Shown piece after piece: positions 24,101 to 36,014 of a DNA stretch of 64,000 nt. This DNA comes from Macrostomum lignano (taxonomy: Eukaryota). The stretch spans positions 251,009-315,008 of the forward strand of contig NIVC01000654.1 in the NCBI GenBank assembly GCA_002269645.1, read 5' to 3'. The position numbers were made by a program, and so were the translations under genes. The first letter of the stretch is position 1. The number at the start of each line of letters is the position of its first letter. The notes beneath the pieces were generated by a model. It was not told the origin of the DNA. It did not search any database and worked only from the letters and a program-made list of their open reading frames with translations.

Positions 24101-27100
24101 ACATCCGCAGTTGCTGGGCCAGCCTCCCATATCCTCAGTTGCTGGGCCAGCCTCCCACATCCTCAGTTGCTGGGCCAGCCTCACAGATGCTCGGTTGCTG
24201 GGCCAACCTTCCAGATCCTCAGTTGCTGGACCAACCTCCCAGCTCCTCAGTTTCTGGGCCAGCCTCCCAGATCCTGAGTTGCTGGGCCAGCCTCCCAGAT
24301 CCCCAGTAGCTGGGCCAATCTCCTAGATCCCCAGTTGCTGGGCCAGCCTCCCAGATCCTCAGTTGCTGGGCCAGTGTCCTAGATCCCAGTTGTTTGGCCA
24401 GCCTCCCAGATCCTCAGTTGCTGGGCCAGCCTCCCAGATCCTCAGTTGCTGGGCCAGCCTCCCAGATCCTCAGTTGCTGGGCCAGTCTCCTAGATCCCCA
24501 GTTACTTTGCAAGCTTTCCAGAAGTAGATTCACAAGTCTAAATCCCTTAACTTCCCTTTCCTCAATAAAACAGGCCTACGTATGCGCCGTTCAGTTAGAC
24601 AAGGACCACGTCGCCGCCTGGTCCGACCTCGGCATCTTGTACGAGTCCAACGGGCAGTACAGAGACGCCCTGACTTGCTACACCAGCGCTGCCAAAGTTG
24701 ACAAACGCGGCGAGTTGAATCCCATGCTGAGGGAGCGAATAACTGTGCTGCAGGTCAGACTTCTTGCTTGATTATCTGGGCTTGTCTTTCTTAATTGATG
24801 TCAACGTAAATCTATATACTAAATCTTACGCTGTTTGTCTGTCTGCCTGCCTGTCTGTGCTTTTTTCGAGAACCGTCTGGCCGAAATGTATTGAAAACTA
24901 ATAAAGTTGCAGGAAAAGCCGATATGTATCGAATAATATAAAACTAGAGAAATACAGTCAGATATGCATCGAAAAATATAAAACTAGAGAAATACAGTCA
25001 GATATGTATCGAAAAATGTAAAACTAGAGAAGTAAAACCGATATGTATCGAAAAATATAAAACTAGAGAAATACAGTCAGATATGTATCGAAAAATGTAA
25101 AACTAGAAATGTAAAACCGATATGTATCGAAAAATATAAAACTAGTGAAATAAAGCCTATATGTATCGAAAAATACTTAACTACCAAAGGCTAAATGTAT
25201 AGAAAGAATACAGAAAACTCCACGATAAAAAAATTCTATTTCAAAGTGCTGTGTCAAACATGAATTTGAATGCCCCCCTATGGGGGCTTAGTGCGCTAGT
25301 CAAATATCTAATAAAATCAATTCCGAACATACTAATTACACAGGAGTATTTAGCCAACATCCCGGACAAGCTGATTGAACAGAAAGTGCAACAATCCGGC
25401 AATCATCTGCTGCCGCCAGTGAAAGAGGCTTGGAATTTGCCAATACCGGCTGAACTAACCCAGCGAAAAGAGAAGCCGCCAACTGCTGTGCCTATTAGTA
25501 GCCTAACCGATTTGTTGGATGTCAATGACATCTTTGTTGACACAGAATTTACGCTGGATAAATTAACTGCCGATTTAGTTTCTAATATGGAAGCCAATGG
25601 CGGACAAAGCGATAGGAATGGCGGCGCCAACCTGAAGGAGGCTCTGCTGTCTAGGAATCTTGTGCCTAGGCGGTCTCCTGTGCCGTCTGTGTCTCTGGCT
25701 ACGCCTGCACGACTGCTGCTGTCGCAGGTAGGTTCTGGGGTGTGGGGATGAGTTTTGAGTCGTGTTATTGTTCATTTCATGTGTGGGATTAAAGTCCTTG
25801 AGGTGTGGGATTGGTTAATTGAGGTGTGGGATTGCTTACTTGAGGTGTAGGATGGGTTTCTTGGGTGTGGGATTGGTTATTTGGGATGTGGGATTGGTTT
25901 TTTGAGGTGTGGGATTGGTTTTTTTAAGGTGTGGGATTGGTTTTTTTAAGGTGTGGGATTAGTTATTTAAGGTGTGGGATGGGTTTCTTGGGTGTGGGAT
26001 TGGTTATTTGGGATGTGGGATTGGTTTTTTGAGGTGTGGGATTGGTTTTTTTAAGGTGTGGGATTAGTTATTTGAGGTGTGGGATGGGTTTCTTGGGTGT
26101 GGGATTGGTTATTTGGGATGTGGGTTTGGTTATTTAAGGTTTGGGATTAGTTATTTGAGGTGTGGGATTAGTTATTTGAGGTGTGGGATTAGTTATTTGA
26201 GGTGTGGGATGGGTTTTTTGGGTGTGGGATTGGTTATTTGGGATGTGGGTTTGGTTACTTAAGGTGTGGGATTAGTTACTTGAGGTGTGGGATTGCTTAC
26301 TTGAGGTGTGAGGTTAGTTATTTGAGGTGTGGGGTTTGTTTTTTGGGGTGTGGGATTTGTTATTTGAGGTGTGGTATCAGAGTCCTTGATGTATGGGATT
26401 GATATTTGGGGTGTGGGATTGGTTATTTAAGATGTGGGATTGGGTACTTGAGGTGTGGGATTAGCTATTTAAGGTGTGGTATCAGTTTTTCGAGGTGTAG
26501 GAATAATCATTCGAGGTGTGGGGTTGGTTTTTTGGGCTGTGAGATTAGTTATTTGATGTGTGGGATTGCTTAATATGTGCAATTTATGCTTACGTTCATT
26601 AGGCAGTTAGGCAATCAATTATGTATTCCAAGAAGTCGTCAGGTTTCTTAGAAACGCAGAGACCAACTGCAGTACACAATCGCACACCCCAGGTAAGCGG
26701 AGTGGCTGCCCAGCGCAACTGGACCTTCACTAACTGTATCCTGCCCGAGGGCAGTCCGCCGCCTACGGCCCCGCCGCCGCCCTACCCGCCGCTATCCGGA
26801 GACCAGCTCTATCCGCCAACATCGTCAATCTATTTGGACAGCAAGAAAGACGCTCACAGTCCCGAACTGATGCGATTCTGCAAGCAACAGCCTGTGGCGG
26901 TTATTCGAGGCTTAGCCGCCGCATTGCGACTCGATTTGAGTCTATTCTCAACTAAGACGCTGGTCGAAGCTAATGGCGAGCATCGTATCGAAGTTCGTAC
27001 TCAACGAGTTCAACCGCCGGACGTGAATCGTGACGCCGAAGGTCGAACAGTGTGGATTTGCGAGTCGCCCAGAGGTCATACCACTATTTCCGCCTACGGT

Positions 27101-30100
27101 CGGTATCAGGCCCAATCGTTTCAGGAGGCTGTGAAAGAGGAGAAGAGTGAGATGCAGCAACAGCAACAGTCGGGCTCTTCGCAGCAGGCTCAGGTGAGAA
27201 CCTTCTTTTAGAAGATAAGTCCCAAATTTTCCCTAGTGAATTCTCCATCTAGAGTTAAAAATTCCCCATCTAGAATCAATGAATTCCCTATCTAAAGTTA
27301 ATGAATTCCAAATCTAGAGTCAATGAATTCCCCATCTATAGTCAATGAATTCCCCATCTAAAGTCAATAAATTCCCCCATCTAGAGTCAATGAATTCCCC
27401 CATCTAGAATCGATGAATTCCCTATCTTAAGTCAATGAATTCCCCATCTATAGTCAATAAATTCCCCATCTAGAGTCAATGAATTCCCCATCTAGAGTTA
27501 ATGAATTGCCCTATCTAGAGTCGATGAATTCCCCCATCTAGAATCAATGAATTCCCCTATCGAGATTAAATAATTTGACTCAGGTCTTTTAGTCAGAATA
27601 CCCCCCATCTAGTGTTGATGAATGAACAGGTGTAGCCAACTATTTTCCCGTCTACAGGCTCATACACATCGTCCATATTAAGCGGGAGCTCTGATAATAC
27701 CTATATTAAGCGTATAATGATTTCTCTTCTCCCATTCGCTGTTCAGAACGGCGCCGCCTCAAGTTCAGTCTCCGCAGGCGCCGGCGGAGCTGGCGCGTCT
27801 GCAGCAGCCAACGCCGCCGCGGCTGCCAAACGCGCGCCAAGCGTGATCAGATTCGGCACCAACTGCGACCTGTCAGACGAAAAGAAATGGCTGCCGCAGT
27901 TGCAGGAGCTGACTAAACTGCCTACGTTTGTTAAAGTTGTGTCGGCTTCCAATATGCTTAGCCATGTTGGTCACACCATACTGGGCATGAATACTGTGCA
28001 ACTGTACATGAAGGTTCGTATATTGACGCTTGTGATAAGTTAATAGTACAAATCACTGCTCAAGACAAAGACCTGCCAACTGATATTTAATAGTACAAAT
28101 CACTGCTCAAGACAAAGACCTGCCAACTGATATTTAATAGTACAAATCACTGCTCAAGACAAAGACCTACCAACTGATATTTAATAGTACAAATCACTGC
28201 TCAAGACAAAGACCTGCCAACTGATATTTAATAGTACAAATCACTACTCAAGACAAAGACCTGCCAACTGATATTTAATAGTACAAATCACTGCTCAAGA
28301 CAAAGACCTACCAACTGATATTTAATAGTACAAATCATTGTTCAAGACAAAGACCTGCAAACTGATATTTAATAGTACAAATCACTGTTAAAGACAAAGA
28401 CCTGCCAACTGATATTTCATAGTACAGATCTGTTAAAGACCTTTAGTTAGTTAAAGATTAGTTAGTTATAAGTTAGTTAGTTAGTTAAAGATTAGATTAG
28501 TTAAAGACATTTTAACTAATATCAATAGTACAAATGGTTGTGCAAGTAATGATAATTAAAATTGATTACACCTGCCCGAATTAGGCCAGATGTGCAACCG
28601 ACAGCTCAGCCGGAGCTATTGCGAGGCGCATCTGAAGGCTGCGTACGGCTGTTCAGTTTAAGGACTGGGGGGTGTCGCCACACACCCTCAATTACCCCAG
28701 CTAATGCTGGCACCCATTTTACAGCTGGGTGAACTGAAGCAATGCAGACTTAAGTGTCTTACTCAAAGGACAGAAGTAGTTCCCGTGGGATCAGGAATCG
28801 AACCCCCGACCTTCAAGTGTTGAGTCCGACGCTCTAACCACTAGGCTACAACTGTTCAAGACAAAGACCTACCAAATGATACTAATAGTACAAATCAAAG
28901 ACTTGAACAATCACATCTAAACGTATACAAAAGTCTAGTTTTCTAAGAAAGAAATAGTTTAACAAAGAACCTAATTATAAAATTAGTCATAAAAAATTGC
29001 CTTATTTAAATCATGCTCACAGGTACCCGGCAGTAGGACTCCGGGCCATCAAGAAAACAACAGCTTCTGCTCCGTCAACATCAACATTGGGCCGGGCGAT
29101 TGTGAATGGTTTGCAGTGCCAGAGCAGTACTGGGGCGCTTTGCATAACCTGTGCCATCGGCACGGTGTCGACTACCTGCACGGCAGCTGGTGGCCTGACC
29201 TCACTGATCTGGCGGCTGAAGGCGTGCCTGTATATCGGTTTATTCAGCGACCGGGCGATCTGGTCTGGATCAATGCCGGCACGCCTCACTGGGTGAGTGC
29301 CTGTTGCACATTGTGGCATTTTTGGGTCGCCGTCTTAAGGGTGAAATTTTATTTTCATGTTTAATTTCTTTGACTGAGATTTCAGTTATCTCAGGGGTGA
29401 GATTGTAGATTCATTATCTCAGGATTGAGATTGTAGATCCAGATTGAGATCGTAGATCCATTATCTCAGGGGTGAGATTTTAGATCTATAGCCACAGGGG
29501 TGAGATTACAAATCAATATTCTCAGGGGTGAGACTTTAGATCTATTATCTCAGAGGTGTGATTGTAGATCTATTATCTCAGGGGTGAGATTTTAGATTCA
29601 TAGTCTCAGGGGTGAGATTGTAGATCTATTATCTCAGAGGTGAGACTGCAGATCCATTATCTTAAGGGTGATATTGTAGATGCATGAACTCAGGTTTGAG
29701 ATTGTATATGTATTATGTCTAGGGTAAGATTGTAAATCCATTATCTCAGATGTGATATTGCAGATCCATTATCTCAGGGGTGAGATTGCAGATCCATTAT
29801 CTCAGGGGTGAGATTGTAGATCCATTGTCTCAGGGGTGAGATTGAGATCCATTATCTCAGGGGTGAGATTGCAGATCCATTATCTCAGGGGTGAGATTGC
29901 AGATCCATTATCTCAGGGGTGTGATTGTAAATCCATTATCTCAGATGTGATATTGCAGATCCATTATCTCAGGGGTGAGATTGCAGATCCATTATCTCAG
30001 GGGTGAGATTGTAGATCCATTGTCTCAGGGGTGAGATTGAGATCCATTATCTCAGGGGTGAGATTGTAGATCCATTGTCTCAGGGGTGAGATTGAGATCC

Positions 30101-33100
30101 ATTATCTCAGGGGTGAGATTGCAGATCCATTATCTCAGGGGTGAGATTGCAGATCCATTATTTCAGGGGTGAGATTGTAGATCCATTATCTCAGGGGTGA
30201 GATTGCAGATCCATTATCTCAGGGGTGAGATTGCAGATCCATTATCTCAGGGGTGAGATTGTAGATCCATTATCTCAGGGGTGAGATTGCAGATCCATTA
30301 TCTCAGGGGTGAGATTGTAGATCCATTATCTCAGGGGTGTGATTGTAGATCCATTATCTCAGGGGTGAGATTGCAGATCCATTATCTCAGGGGTGAGATT
30401 GTAGATCCATTATCTCAGGGGTGAGATTGTAGATCCATTATCTCAGGGGTGAGATTGTAGATCCATTATCTCAGGGGTGAGATTGCAGATCCATTATCTC
30501 AGGGGTGAGATTGTAGATCCATTATCTCAGGGGTGAGATTGTAGATCCATTATCTCAGGGGTGAGATTGTAGATCCATTATCTCAGGGGTGAGATTGTAG
30601 ATCCATTATCTCAGGGGTGAGATTGCAGATCCATTATCTCAGGGGTGAGATTGTAGATCCATTATCTCAGGGGTGAGATTGCAGATCCATTATCTCAGGG
30701 GTGAGATTGTAGATCCATTATCTCAGGGGTGTGATTGTAGATCCATTATCTCAGGGGTGAGATTGCAGATCCATTATCTCAGGGGTGAGATTGTAGATCC
30801 ATTATCTCAGGGGTGAGATTGTAGATCCATTATCTCAGGGGTGTGATTGTAGATCCATTATCTCAGGGGTGAGATTGCAGATCCATTATCTCAGGGGTGA
30901 GATTGTAGATCCATTATCTCAGGGGTGAGATTGTAGATCCATTATCTCAGGGGTGAGATTGTAGATCCATTATCTCAGGGGTGAGATTGTAGATCCATTA
31001 TCTCAGGGGTGAGATTGTAGATCCATTATCTCAGGGGTGAGATTGTAGATCCATTATCTCAGGGGTGAGATTGCAGATCCATTATCTCAGGGGTGAGATT
31101 GTAGATCCATTATCTCAGGGGTGAGATTGTAGATCCATTATCTCAGGGGTGAGATTGTAGATCCATTATCTCAGGGGTGAGATTGTAGATCCATTATCTT
31201 AGGGGTGAGATTGCAGATCCATTATCTCAGGGTTGAGATTGTAGATCCATTATCTCAGGGGTGAGATTGCAGATCCATTATCTCAGGGGTGAGATTGCAG
31301 ATCCATTATCTCAGGGGTGTGATTGTAGATCCATTATCTCAGGGGTGAGATTGCAGATCCATTATCTCAGGGGTGAGATTGCAGATCCATTATCTCAGGG
31401 GTGAGATTGCAGATCCATTATTTCAGGGGTGAGATTGTAGATCCATTATCTCAGGGGTGAGATTGCAGATCCATTATCTCAGGGGTGAGATTGCAGATCC
31501 ATTATCTCAGGGGTGAGATTGTAGATCCATTATCTCAGGGGTGTGATTGTAGATCCATTATCTCAGGGGTGAGATTGCAGATCCATTATCTCAGGGGTGA
31601 GATTGTAGATCCATTATCTCAGGGGTGAGATTGTAGATCCATTATCTCAGGGGTGAGATTGTAGATCCATTATCTCAGGGGTGAGATTGTAGATCCATTA
31701 TCTCAGGGGTGAGATTGTAGATCCATTATCTCAGGGGTGAGATTGTAGATCCATTATCTCAGGGGTGAGATTGTAGATCCATTATCTCAGGGGTGAGATT
31801 GCAGATCCATTATCTCAGGGGTGAGATTGTAGATCCATTATCTCAGGGGTGTGATTGTAGATCCATTATCTCAGGGGTGAGATTGCAGATGATTACCAGT
31901 CAACAACACTATCCGAATGCAACAGGTGCAAGCAATCGGCTGGTGCAACAACATCGCGTGGAACGTTGGCCCGCTAACCGCCAAGCAGTACATGCTGGCT
32001 AGGGAGCGCTACGAGTTTAACAAATTAAACAATTTCAAATCTATAGTGCCAATGATTCATCTGAGCTGGATGCTGGCCAGGAATTTGAAACTGTCCGACC
32101 AGAGTCTGTTCGAGTTGATCAAGCACACGCTGCAACGATCGCTTGTGTACTGCTATATGACTATCGAGTTTGTGCAGCACCTTCGGCTCGAAGTGAAATG
32201 GCACGGCCGAAAGCCGGATGAGGATACGCAGTATTGCAACGTCTGCGATGTGAGTGCGGCGAATGGGGTGGTATTGATGGTGTGGGATTGGGGTGGTATT
32301 GATCTTGTGGGGAATGGGGTGCTATTGATGGTGTGGGATTGGGGTGGTATTGATCTTGTGGGGAATGGGGTGGTATTGATGGTGTGGGATTGGGGTGGTA
32401 TTGATCTTGTGGGGAATGGGGTGCTATTGATGGTGTGGGATTGGGGTGGTATTGATCTTGTGGGGAATGGGGTGGTATTGATCTTGTGGGGAATGGGGTG
32501 GTATTGATCTTGTGGGGAATGGGGTGGTATTGATCTTGTGGGAAATGGGGTGGTATTGATCTTGTGGGGAATGGGGTGGTATTGATCTTGTGGGGAATGG
32601 GGTGGTATTGATCTTGTGGGGAATGGGGTGGTATTGATGGTGTGGGATTGGGGTGGTATTGATCTTGTGGGGAATGGGGTGGTATTGATCTTGTGGGAAA
32701 TGGGGTGGTATTGATCTTGTGGGAAATGGGGTGGTATTGATCTTGTGGGGAATGGGGTGGTATTGATCTTGTGGGGAATGGGGTGGTATTGATCTTGTGG
32801 GGAATGGGGTGGTATTGATCTTGTGGGAAATGGGTGGTATTGATGGTGTGGGATTGGGGTGGTATTGATCTTGTGGGGAATGGGGTGCTATTGATGGTGT
32901 GGGATTGGGGTGGTATTGATCTTGTGGGGAATGGGGTGGTATTGATCTTGTGGGGAATGGGGTGGTATTGATGGTGTGGGATTGGGGTGGTATTGATCTT
33001 GTGGGGAATGGGGTGGTATTGATCTTGTGGGAAATGGGGTGGTATTGATCTTGTGGGAAATGGGGTGGTATTGATCTTGTGGGGAATGGGGTGGTATTGA

Positions 33101-36014
33101 TCTTGTGGGGAATGGGGTGGTATTGATCTTGTGGGGAATGGGGTGGTATTGATCTTGTGGGAAATGGGGTGGTATTGATGGTGTGGGATTGGGGTGGTAT
33201 TGATCTTGTGGGGAATGGGGTGCTATTGATGGTGTGGGATTGGGGTGGTATTGATCTTGTGGGGAATGGGGTGGTATTGATGGTGTGGGATTGGGGTGGT
33301 ATTGATCTTGTGGGGAATGGGGTGGTATTGATCTTGTGGGAAATGGGGTGGTATTGATCTTGTGGGGAATGGGGTGGTATTGATCTTGTGGGGAATGGGG
33401 TGGTATTGATCTTGTGGGGGAATGGGGTGGTATTGATCTTGTGGGAAATGGGGTGGTATTGATCTTGTGGGGAATGGGGTGGTATTGATGGTGGGGGGGA
33501 TCGGGGTGGTATTGATGGTGTGGGGAATGGGGTGGTGTTGATCTTGTGGGGAATGGGGTGGTATTGATGGTGTGAGGACTGGGGTGGTATTAATGGTGTG
33601 GGAATTAGGGTGATATTAATGGTGTGGGGAATAGGGTGGTATTGATGGTGTGAGGACTGGGGTGGTATTAATGGTGTGGGGAATGGGGTGGTATTGATGT
33701 TGTGGGAATTAGGGTGATATTAATGGTGTGGGGAATAGGGTGGTATTGATGATGTGGGAATTTGGGTGGTATTAATAGTGTGGGGAATGGGGTGGTATCG
33801 ATGGTGTGGGGAATGGGGTAGTGTTGATGGTGTGGGTAATAGGGTGGTATTGATTGTGGGGGTTGGGCTGGTGTTGATGGTGTGGAGATTAGGGGTGGTA
33901 TTGATGTTGTGGGGATTGGGGTGGTATTGATGGTGTGCGGAATGGGGGTGGTATTGATGGTGTGCGAAATGGGGGGTGGTATTAATGGTGTGGGGAATGA
34001 GTGGTATTGATGGTGTGGGGAATGGAGTGCTAATGATGGTAGGGGGAATGGTGGTATTGATGGTGTAGGATAATAAGGGTGGTGTGGGAAATGAGGTTTT
34101 ACTCATGTTTGTGTGGTCAGTGGATTTGTGCACTAATATGAGGATCAGTAAGCAAGATGATCCTTCACATTCTCCCTAGATCGAGTTGTTCAACATTCTG
34201 TTCGTCATGGAGCAGAACAAGAAATTCGTCTGCCACTGCCTAGACTGCGCCAGGAAGATTCAACCGGAATTGCAGGGTTTCACTGTGCTGGCCGAATATT
34301 CTATGCAAGAGCTCATCGATGTGTATGATAACTTCCAGTTGCAGACTGTGAGTTCTGTTGTTAGTTCTGTTAGGGAGATTAGAGGGGCCGGAAGAGGAGA
34401 TTAGAGAGCGCGAGATATGAGATTAAAGAGCCCAGGAGAAGATATTAGAAGAGCCGAGAGGGGAGATTAGAGAAGCCGAGAGGTGAGATTAGAGAGGCCG
34501 GGAGAAGAGATTAGAGGAGCCGAGAGGAGAGATTATAGAGGCCCGGAGAAGAGATTAGAGATGCTGGAAGAGAAGATTAGAGGCTGAAAGAGGAGATTAG
34601 AGAGGCCGGAAGAGAAGATTAGAGAGGCCGTGAGAGAGAATTAAGGAAGCCGAGAGGGGAGATTAGAGAAGCCGAAAGGGGAGATTAGAGAAGCCGAGAG
34701 GGGAGATTAGAGAAGCCGAGAGGGGAGATTAGTGAGGCCAAAAGAAGGGATTGGAGAGGCCAAGAGGGAGATACAGAGGCCGAAAGGGAGATTCAGAGGC
34801 CGAGAGGGAGATACAGAGGCCAAGAGGGAGATACAGAGGCCGAGAGGGAGATACAGAGGCCGAGAGGGAGATACAGAGGCCAAGAGGGAGATACAGAGGC
34901 CGAGAGGGAGATACAAAGGCCGAGAGGGAGATACAGAGGCCGAGAGTGAGATACAAAGGCCGAGAGGGAGATACAGAGGCCGAGAGGGAGATACAGAGGC
35001 CGAGAGGGAGATACAGAGGCCAAGAGGGAGATACAGAGGCCAAGAGGGAGATACAGAGGCCAAGAGGGAGATACAGAGGCCGAGAGGGAGATACAGAGGC
35101 CGAGAGGGAGATACAGAGGCCGAGAGGGAGATACAGAGGCCGAGAGGGAGATTCAGAGGCCGAGAGGGAGATACAAAGGCCAAGAGGGAGATACAGAGGC
35201 CGAGAGGAGAGATTAGAGAGGCCGAGAGGGAGATACAGAGGCCAAGAGGGAGATACAGAGGCCAAGAGGGAGATACAGAGGCCGAGAGGGAGATATAGAG
35301 GCCGAGAGGGAGATACATAGGCCGAGAGGGAGATACAAAGGCCGAGAGGGAGATACAGAGGCCGAGAGGGAGATACAGAGGCCGAGAGGAGAGATTAGAG
35401 AGGCCGAGAGGGAGATACAAAGGCCAAGAGGGAGATACAGAGGCCGAGAGGGAGATACAGAGGCCGAGAGGAGAGATTAGAGAGGCCGAGAGGGAGATAC
35501 AAAGGCCGAGAGGGAGATACAGAGGCCGAGAGGGAGATACAGAGGCCGAGAGGAGAGATTAGAGAGGCCGAGAGGGAGATACAAAGGCCGAGAGGGAGAT
35601 ACAGAGGCCGAGAGGGAGATACAGAGGCCGAGAGGAGAGATTAGAGAGGCCGAGAGGGAGATACAAAGGCCGAGAGGGAGATACAGAGGCCGAGAGGGAG
35701 ATACAGAGGCCGAGAGGAGAGATTAGAGAGGCCGAGAGGGAGATACAAAGGCCGAGAGGGAGATACAGAGGCCGAGAGGGAGATACAGAGGCCGAGAGGA
35801 GAGATTAGAGAGGCTGAAAGGTGAGTTTAAGAGAGGCCGGGGAGATTAGGAAGGAGCTAATACAAGAGCAAAAGTCTAAAGGGAGATTAGTAATGAAATA
35901 GGACTGTACTTAATTAATTAAAATACACACCAAATATGCACAATGGTTATAACCCGATCCCACTCTGTGCTTCCGCAGCAACCCATACCGGCTTACGCTG
36001 TTGGCAAAACATAA
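18120..36014 (+). CDS. KDM6A: Lysine demethylase 6A/UTX (TPR repeats, JmjC, C-terminal Zn-binding domain), ~1079 aa. Exons: 18120-18190, 21517-22201, 23010-23363, 24574-24753, 25344-25727, 26693-27193, 27747-28013, 29023-29292, 31926-32249, 34180-34347, 35979-36014
   Basis: The spliced translation contains UTX hallmarks: LDS|[39 protein letters not shown]|[47 protein letters not shown]|[12 protein letters not shown] (HxE iron ligands), [14 protein letters not shown]|[21 protein letters not shown]|IELFNILFV and CHCLDCAR. All junctions are GT-AG and phase-consistent, and the summed length is 3240 nt. The start of exon 6 and the last exon are less certain. Confidence 0.96.
18899..19161. mobile_element. 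MITE family CATACATGCGCAAC, copy 1 (263 bp), TSD AATATATA, in KDM6A intron 1
   Basis: Ends CATACATGTGCAAC...GTTGTGCATGTATA; TSD at 18891-18898 and 19162-19169; internal sequence alignable with the other copies. Confidence 0.88.
22262..22945. repeat. 23-24-bp minisatellite AATGACCCAATGACCAAATTGGC, KDM6A intron 2
   Basis: Direct inspection. Confidence 0.95.
23445..24502 (+). repeat. 28-bp minisatellite GCTGGGCCAGCCTCCCAGATCCTCAGTT, KDM6A intron 3
   Basis: Direct inspection; the same family occurs at 38140 and 61790. Confidence 0.96.
24811..25299 (+). mobile_element. Non-autonomous Helitron (489 bp) in KDM6A intron 4, carrying a 40-bp minisatellite
   Basis: Sits between A24810 and T25300. 5' TCTATATACTAAA followed by a (TGTC/TGCC)n microsatellite; 3' hairpin GCCCCC-ctat-GGGGGC (25272-25287) 8 nt before terminal CTAG; no TSD. 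These are canonical Helitron hallmarks. Confidence 0.85.
25778..26570. repeat. 21-bp minisatellite GAGGTGTGGGATTGGTTATTT, KDM6A intron 5
   Basis: Direct inspection. Confidence 0.94.
27230..27570. repeat. 22-bp minisatellite GAATTCCCCATCTAGAGTCAAT, KDM6A intron 6
   Basis: Direct inspection. Confidence 0.9.
28040..28430. repeat. 47-bp minisatellite TTAATAGTACAAATCACTGCTCAAGACAAAGACCTGCCAACTGATAT, KDM6A intron 7
   Basis: Period 47 (units at 28040, 28087 and onward). Confidence 0.94.
28555..28852 (-). mobile_element. tRNA-derived SINE with a CORE/Meta-like central domain, in KDM6A intron 7
   Basis: The minus strand reads TGTAGCCTAGTGGTTAGAGCG (A box)...GGTTCGATTCC (B box), then CCTTTGAGTAAGACACTTAA..CTTCAGTTCACCCAGCTGTAAAATGGG, similar to CORE-type domains. 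The 3' end is approximate. Confidence 0.8.
29385..31890. repeat. 28-bp minisatellite GATCCATTATCTCAGGGGTGAGATTGTA (~2.5 kb), KDM6A intron 8
   Basis: Direct inspection; very homogeneous. Confidence 0.98.
32262..34075. repeat. G-rich ~26-bp minisatellite GGGGTGGTATTGATCTTGTGGGGAAT, KDM6A intron 9
   Basis: Direct inspection. Confidence 0.96.
34370..35850. repeat. 20-bp minisatellite GAGGGAGATACAGAGGCCGA, KDM6A intron 10
   Basis: Direct inspection. Confidence 0.96.

Noticed and set aside
23347-24326. Many overlapping ORFs here and in similar arrays at 34.7-35.4, 37.9-39.0, 39.7-40.7, 59.4-59.9 and 61-62.5 kb
   Set aside because: They are stop-free minisatellites lying in introns or intergenic DNA.
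28780-28852. tRNA-like sequence on the minus strand as a tRNA gene
   Set aside because: The acceptor stem is incomplete and it continues into a SINE body, so it is called a SINE head.
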